Shown here piece by piece: positions 27,306 to 32,000 of a stretch of 32,000 nt of DNA; the stretch's first letter is position 1, and each line of letters starts with the position of its first letter. The position numbers and the translations under genes are program-made. This DNA comes from an uncultured bacterium (GTDB taxonomy: Bacteria > GCA-001730085): the NCBI GenBank assembly GCA_964565945.1, contig CAZMGY010000021.1:180001-212000 (forward strand), read 5' to 3'. Under the pieces are notes generated by a model, which was given only the letters and a program-made list of their open reading frames with translations, was not told where the DNA came from and did no database searches.

Positions 27306-27844
27306 AAAAGTTACAAGAACTTTGGCAACATTTCAACTTCTTTTCCTTCAATCATCGAAGTGTCCTCATTGTGGGAGGGGGTTTTCTTATTTTGCTTATC
27401 GCTATTTTATGGATGAAAAGTCAAAGCCGAGCGTATTGCAATGAGAATGCCTTGTTAGAGCATCAAATTCATAAGTTTTGGGTCGAATATCAAAAGTTCC
27501 AGCAGAAAAATCACAAAGAGATAATGGCGATCAAAGAGATTGGCGTTCTCAAAAATGATAAGCAGATTGCCAAAGAGGGTAAGCGTCTTCGAGAAAAAAT
27601 GATTAAAATAACTGAGCAAGCTATTTGGAGTGTGGATACTTTGCCTGCCAAAAAAGATAAGGGGATTATCAAACTAAGTTTTTTGCTCAAGTTTTCAAAG
27701 CCAACTTTGGCTAAAATTATGCAGGTGATTTATGTTTTAGAACAAGATGAAGAGTTGTTTTTTATTGACGAAATTGAGCTCACTAAGGGTGGAGCAGGTG
27801 TTAGTGCTAAACTCCTTTTAAAGAGGCTATACATTGCGAGGTAA
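27302..27844 (+). CDS. PilO/GspM-like bitopic inner-membrane protein
   Basis: 180 aa with a short cytoplasmic N-terminus, one TM helix (VLIVGGGFLILLIAILWM), a coiled-coil-like stretch and a small C-terminal domain. ATGA overlap with the upstream gene. The assignment is from architecture and position only. Confidence 0.4.
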   Translation: MKKLQELWQHFNFFSFNHRSVLIVGGGFLILLIAILWMKSQSRAYCNENALLEHQIHKFWVEYQKFQQKNHKEIMAIKEIGVLKNDKQIAKEGKRLREKMIKITEQAIWSVDTLPAKKDKGIIKLSFLLKFSKPTLAKIMQVIYVLEQDEELFFIDEIELTKGGAGVSAKLLLKRLYIAR

Positions 27845-27847
27845 ATT

Positions 27848-28348
27848 GTGAAATTTGTTGCTTTGAGAATGATTTTTGTTTTATTGGGACTTTTGGTGAC
27901 AGGTCAACTCTATGCCGAGGCCAAAGCTTTTCAAAAAACGCCTTTGGACGAGTGGGATGTGTACAGGGGGGCGTTTCAGCTAGATATTTTTAGAGAGCCA
28001 CGTATCGAGACCCAGTCTGTGAATAAGGGAGGAGAGATAGTGGTTTCGTTGGATCAAAATCTTGGAATAGAGGCTGATGAGATGATGCAATCTCTTCAAG
28101 ATATGGTGAGTTTGCCCCCCCCCGAAGAATGTATTGATATCGATTGGGCTTTGTACGATATCACAATCACGGGTGTCGGGTTTGTGAGTGGTCGTCCTAA
28201 AATCTTTTTTGAAAACAGGGCGACGGGAAAAAGTTATTATCTTGCCCAAGGGCAAGAAGAAGATGGAATTCGTGTTGAACAAATCAGGCGATTGGCTATT
28301 ATTTTTAGAATTCAAGGGCAAAAGCTTAAGATTGATCGCCAATTTTAG
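27848..28348 (+). CDS. PilP / GspC-HR-like periplasmic protein
   Basis: Signal peptide MKFVALRMIFVLLGLLVTGQLYAEA. The C-terminal ITITGVGFVSGRPKIFFENRATGKSYYLAQGQEEDGIRVEQIRRLAIIF fits the PilP/GspC homology-region beta-sandwich pattern. Lies immediately upstream of the secretin. Confidence 0.45.
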   Translation: MKFVALRMIFVLLGLLVTGQLYAEAKAFQKTPLDEWDVYRGAFQLDIFREPRIETQSVNKGGEIVVSLDQNLGIEADEMMQSLQDMVSLPPPEECIDIDWALYDITITGVGFVSGRPKIFFENRATGKSYYLAQGQEEDGIRVEQIRRLAIIFRIQGQKLKIDRQF

Positions 28349-28380
28349 TATAATAGTTTCGTGATGGAGGAAGTGTGTGC

Positions 28381-30867
28381 ATGAAATTAGTAATTCAGTT
28401 TTTTTTAATGACTTTGTTGGCTATAGGGCTGCAGGTTGATCTTGGGGCTCAGGAAATGGCACAAGGCCCGATGGTGTCTATGGATTTTCATGAAGTTGAC
28501 GTGGATAGTGTTCTTCATTTTTTGGGAGAGGCTTCGGGTTTAACAATTGTTAAAGACCCTACATTAACGGGGACGATAAGTATTACCACTTTTGGGAAGA
28601 CGTCGGTGGGACAAGCAATTAACATTTTGAATAGTGCTTTGAGTGTCAAAGGTTTTACGTTGGTCAAAACAGGGGAGGTTCTTAAAATAGTTCCCCTAGA
28701 AGGCGTTTCTAAAACCAATGTGAACGTATTTAAAGATTATAAGATGCCTGCGAATGAACCTAAAGATGACACCGTTGTGACCAAAATGATTTCTTTGCAA
28801 TATGCCAAAGCTAAAGATGTTGTTACGGCTTTGCAGCCGTTGGTGGGGCGATTTGGCTCGGCGATTGCTTACGAAAGAACAAATACGGTTATTATTACCG
28901 ACGCTTCGGCCAATATTGCACGCTTAACCGACTTGCTTGAAGATTTGGATCGTCAAGTGACCTCTTTGGTGACACGTTCTTACAAGGTTCAGCATGCTGG
29001 GCTAAACAAGCTGAAGGACTTACTTAAACAAATTACTGAGCAGTATGAACACGAATTGGGGCACTTTGCAATCAATTCGGATGAAAGAACGCGAACCCTA
29101 TTTGTGACCACCCTTCTGGATAATTTTGACATGGTTGAAAAGCTGATTTATCAGCTTGATCAAGGAATACCTCAGGTGCTTATCGAAATGGAAGTAGTTA
29201 GAATTCCTTACCGCAACATTGATGTTGATATACGACACCGTCTTTTTGAGTCATCAAAATATGCACATGATAAAAAGGTGATGAACGAGGGTGATCAAAT
29301 TTTTAATTGGAGATACAGTATTGATGCCGATGCCGATAAAATGTTTTCTTGGTATGGGCTATCTGAAGATAAGGGTAAAGAAGAATTTACCTACAAGTTG
29401 AATGTGTTGTATGGACCCGAATATTTTGATGTGTATGCCTTACCGATGGTGACTGTGGCTGAAGGGAGCCAAACCGAGGTATCTATAGGGCACGAAAATT
29501 ATTTTTACCGCTTGGCTCCAATGACGCTCGACTTTAAAATTATTCCTCATTTGAATGAAGATGAAACAGTTACTTTAGAAATGTTCCAACATGTTCGAGG
29601 AGATTGGCTCAAAACGCAAGATGCCTATGCACGTTTGGTGGTTGCCAAGGATCAAACTGTTGTTTTAGGGGGGCTTAATGAGCTGCGTTTACCTCAAGAC
29701 CGTCAGGTGGCCTCGGCGTATCGCGAAGATACCCACTATGTAAGCAATGAATTTTTGATTTTTTTAACTCCGCATATCATTTGGGATCCAGCTACGTTTA
29801 AAAAGAAAATTGAGAAACAGGCCAAGGAAGCGGCCCTTAAAGCCGAAAAACCCGATTTAAATCTTTTGTTTCCTGGTGGTTTTATGGAATTTGATTTGCC
29901 CAAAGTGTCTGCGATGACCAAACAGAAACATCCTACTCAAGATGATTTTGTAAGCCCAAATCCTGGGGTGGAGTTAAAGGTTGATGAGGGCTCACATGGG
30001 CCACCAACCCAAAGCAAATCCTATAAAATTTGGTGGAAGATGCAAGATTTTGTACAATTGCCCGAGGAGCTTGTTGACATTAAAGAGGCAATGTCGGATC
30101 GCAACTTTGTTGACAGTGAGGTGAGAAGCCGTTTGCGCAAGGATGTTGTTCAGTTTATGGAGAATGTTCGTGCCGAAGAAACCTTGGGCATGGAGCCCGA
30201 TGTGAGCTTGAAAACCAAAGTGACACCTGTTCCCGAAAAAGAGAATTATGTTCTTAAAGAAACACTCTATCGTCGAGGTATTTCTTTTTACAAAAAACAA
30301 CAGTATAAAGGGGCGATTCGTGAATTTGCTCCGATTATGAGTATCGATCCAAACTATAAGAATGTGCAAAGATATATGCAGTTATCACAACAGCGTTACA
30401 AAGAACAGTTATCGGATTTGGGAGAGCGCAATAATATCGAAAAGGCCATTAAAGACAAGGCCTTGAAAGAATTGACCCAAACATACACGACGATGGATCA
30501 AAAAATCAAACAGGTGTCTCAGGCAGAGTCGATGGGAGCTTACACCAAGAGTGACAAGTTGTTTAATTATATTGGAGAGCCTAAGGATATTCCTTCCGAT
30601 CGCATTGAAAAGTCATTGACCGATCACTTAGCGGGAGAAATCTTGGAAGTTAGTGCTGCTCAACCCCTTGTGGTGATTAATCTTGGTTCGATTCAGAATG
30701 TTCATCCAGGGATGGCTTTCAAAGTGTATCGGGATCAGGAGTTTATCGGTAAAGTTCGTGTGTCCGATGTTGGAGAGCATGTTTCTGGAGCCGAGGTGGT
30801 TTCGACCAAAACTCCGAAAACAACTTTTCGTTTTGGAGATAAGGTGGTACAGGCCCTTGTAGCATAG
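28381..30867 (+). CDS. GspD-like secretin with a divergent short pore domain and a ~360-aa C-terminal extension
   Basis: Signal peptide, then an N0 domain (MDFHEVDVDSVLHFLGEASGLTIV...GEVLKIVP), then two N1-type repeats (NTVIITDASANIARLTDLLEDLD; RTLFVTTLLDNFDMVEKLIYQLD). The secretin core begins at QVLIEMEVVRI and ends at NEFLIFLTPHII. ATG 28381 (GGAGGA, 7-nt spacing) is preferred over GTG 28375. Confidence 0.8.
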   Translation: MKLVIQFFLMTLLAIGLQVDLGAQEMAQGPMVSMDFHEVDVDSVLHFLGEASGLTIVKDPTLTGTISITTFGKTSVGQAINILNSALSVKGFTLVKTGEVLKIVPLEGVSKTNVNVFKDYKMPANEPKDDTVVTKMISLQYAKAKDVVTALQPLVGRFGSAIAYERTNTVIITDASANIARLTDLLEDLDRQVTSLVTRSYKVQHAGLNKLKDLLKQITEQYEHELGHFAINSDERTRTLFVTTLLDNFDMVEKLIYQLDQGIPQVLIEMEVVRIPYRNIDVDIRHRLFESSKYAHDKKVMNEGDQIFNWRYSIDADADKMFSWYGLSEDKGKEEFTYKLNVLYGPEYFDVYALPMVTVAEGSQTEVSIGHENYFYRLAPMTLDFKIIPHLNEDETVTLEMFQHVRGDWLKTQDAYARLVVAKDQTVVLGGLNELRLPQDRQVASAYREDTHYVSNEFLIFLTPHIIWDPATFKKKIEKQAKEAALKAEKPDLNLLFPGGFMEFDLPKVSAMTKQKHPTQDDFVSPNPGVELKVDEGSHGPPTQSKSYKIWWKMQDFVQLPEELVDIKEAMSDRNFVDSEVRSRLRKDVVQFMENVRAEETLGMEPDVSLKTKVTPVPEKENYVLKETLYRRGISFYKKQQYKGAIREFAPIMSIDPNYKNVQRYMQLSQQRYKEQLSDLGERNNIEKAIKDKALKELTQTYTTMDQKIKQVSQAESMGAYTKSDKLFNYIGEPKDIPSDRIEKSLTDHLAGEILEVSAAQPLVVINLGSIQNVHPGMAFKVYRDQEFIGKVRVSDVGEHVSGAEVVSTKTPKTTFRFGDKVVQALVA

Positions 30868-30950
30868 AGTAAGTATTGATGTCTTTACTAGAATTATTTA
30901 ATATGGTATGCTTAATTAATTTGTTTTTTTGTAAGTTAAAGGATAAAAAC

Positions 30951-32000
30951 ATGAATACACAGAGACCCCAGAATCCTAAAAACACTCAAGGTCAACCGTC
31001 TCAGAATCCTAAAAATGGTAAAAACCTTTGGATATGGCTTATGATTGCTTGTGGTATTTTCTATTTTATGTACATGGGCCAGATGGTCTCGGAGCAAACC
31101 CCCGATTTGAGTTATTCCGACTTTTACCGTGCGGTGCAAGCAGGGCAAGTGAAGTCGGCGATTAAAACGGGCAATATCATCAAAGGTAGCTTGGCGGATG
31201 GTTTGTCGTTCAACGTCTATGTGGAAGAAAATGATTCGCAGTTATTGCCAACCTTAAGAGAAAATATTCTAGACTTTAAAATCGCGCCGCCCAAAACCTT
31301 TTTGATCAATCTGGCCTATTCGATGGGACCGATGATTTTATTCATTGCCTTTTTATGGTTCTTTGTTTACCGCAATATGGCGGCTTCTGGCGGGAAAATC
31401 TTTTCTTTTGGCAAAAGTAAGGCGAAGATGAGCAAACCTGGACAAACCACCTTTGCCGATGTGGCGGGTGTTGACGAAGCCAAAGAAGAACTTAAAGAGA
31501 TTATCGACTTTTTGAAGGAGCCTAAAAAATTTCAGCGCTTAGGTGGAAAAATTCCTAAAGGTGTGTTGCTTGTTGGTGCCCCTGGAACAGGAAAAACTTT
31601 GTTGGCCAAAGCGGTTGCGGGCGAGGCGGGTGTGCCATTTTTTAGTATGAGTGGTTCGGACTTTGTGGAGATGTTTGTTGGCGTGGGGGCTTCTCGAGTG
31701 AGAGATTTGTTTGAGCAAGCCAAAAAGAGTGCAGAAATCAGTGGCAAAGGAGCAATTGTGTTCATTGACGAGATTGATGCGGTCGGTCGCCAGCGTTTTT
31801 CTGGCATTGGCGGTGGGAATGATGAGCGTGAACAAACCTTGAATGCTTTGTTGGTTGAAATGGATGGCTTTGGTGGGACTGGAGGGGTGATTTTGATTGC
31901 CGCTACGAATCGCCCCGATGTTTTGGATCCAGCCTTGTTGCGTCCTGGCCGTTTTGATCGCCAAGTGGTTGTAGACCGCCCCGATATTAAAGGGCGAGAA
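30951..32000 (+). CDS. ftsH: ATP-dependent zinc metalloprotease FtsH (3' end outside window)
   Basis: Not in the ORF track because there is no stop in the window. My translation from ATG 30951 gives two TM helices, Walker A GAPGTGKT, Walker [10 protein letters not shown] and the SRH block [19 protein letters not shown]. Confidence 0.97.
   Translation, partial: MNTQRPQNPKNTQGQPSQNPKNGKNLWIWLMIACGIFYFMYMGQMVSEQTPDLSYSDFYRAVQAGQVKSAIKTGNIIKGSLADGLSFNVYVEENDSQLLPTLRENILDFKIAPPKTFLINLAYSMGPMILFIAFLWFFVYRNMAASGGKIFSFGKSKAKMSKPGQTTFADVAGVDEAKEELKEIIDFLKEPKKFQRLGGKIPKGVLLVGAPGTGKTLLAKAVAGEAGVPFFSMSGSDFVEMFVGVGASRVRDLFEQAKKSAEISGKGAIVFIDEIDAVGRQRFSGIGGGNDEREQTLNALLVEMDGFGGTGGVILIAATNRPDVLDPALLRPGRFDRQVVVDRPDIKGRE

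Noticed and set aside
31539-31964. 141-aa and 91-aa minus-strand ORFs
   Set aside because: They are antisense to the AAA+ core of ftsH, which is not listed in the track only because it has no stop in the window.

Overview
Moderately AT-rich chromosomal window from a diderm (Gram-negative-type) bacterium; I cannot name the taxon and ran no database search. All calls rest on motifs read by eye in the supplied translations and DNA. Layout: (1) 1-6104, a complete-looking F-type ATP synthase operon atpB(partial)EFHAGDC. Its c subunit has a Na+-type, two-carboxylate ion-site signature, and its epsilon subunit lacks the C-terminal helical domain. (2) 6231-6429, tRNA-Tyr(GUA) and tRNA-Thr(UGU) on the minus strand, behind a near-consensus sigma-70 promoter. 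(3) 6772-9255, an 827-aa signal-peptide protein of unknown function with a central kinase-like core and internal hairpin-helix repeats. (4) 9306-15197, housekeeping and envelope genes: hemH with a Cys-rich internal insert, a ygfZ-like gene, an M48 peptidase, dsbD, and a CDF transporter on the minus strand. (5) 15387-16286, a degenerate sigma-54-activator-like HTH protein. (6) 16283-20893 (minus strand), a large GH94-like glycoside phosphorylase followed by a multiply disrupted GT4 glycosyltransferase pseudogene. (7) murJ, then a nitrilase-superfamily gene with a single in-frame TAA. (8) 23576-30867, the most unusual part. This is a tightly coupled six-gene cassette: a small MerR-family regulator, a GspE/PilB-like protein, a PilM-PilN fusion (GspL-like), a PilO/GspM-like protein, a PilP/GspC-like protein, and a divergent secretin with a ~360-aa C-terminal extension. 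The GspE/PilB-like protein keeps tandem MshEN c-di-GMP-binding motifs but all of its ATPase motifs are degenerate. No pilin, platform protein or live ATPase lies inside the cassette's visible boundaries. (9) ftsH (3' end outside the window). I saw no CRISPR array, transposase, integrase or recognisable defence or toxin-antitoxin genes.
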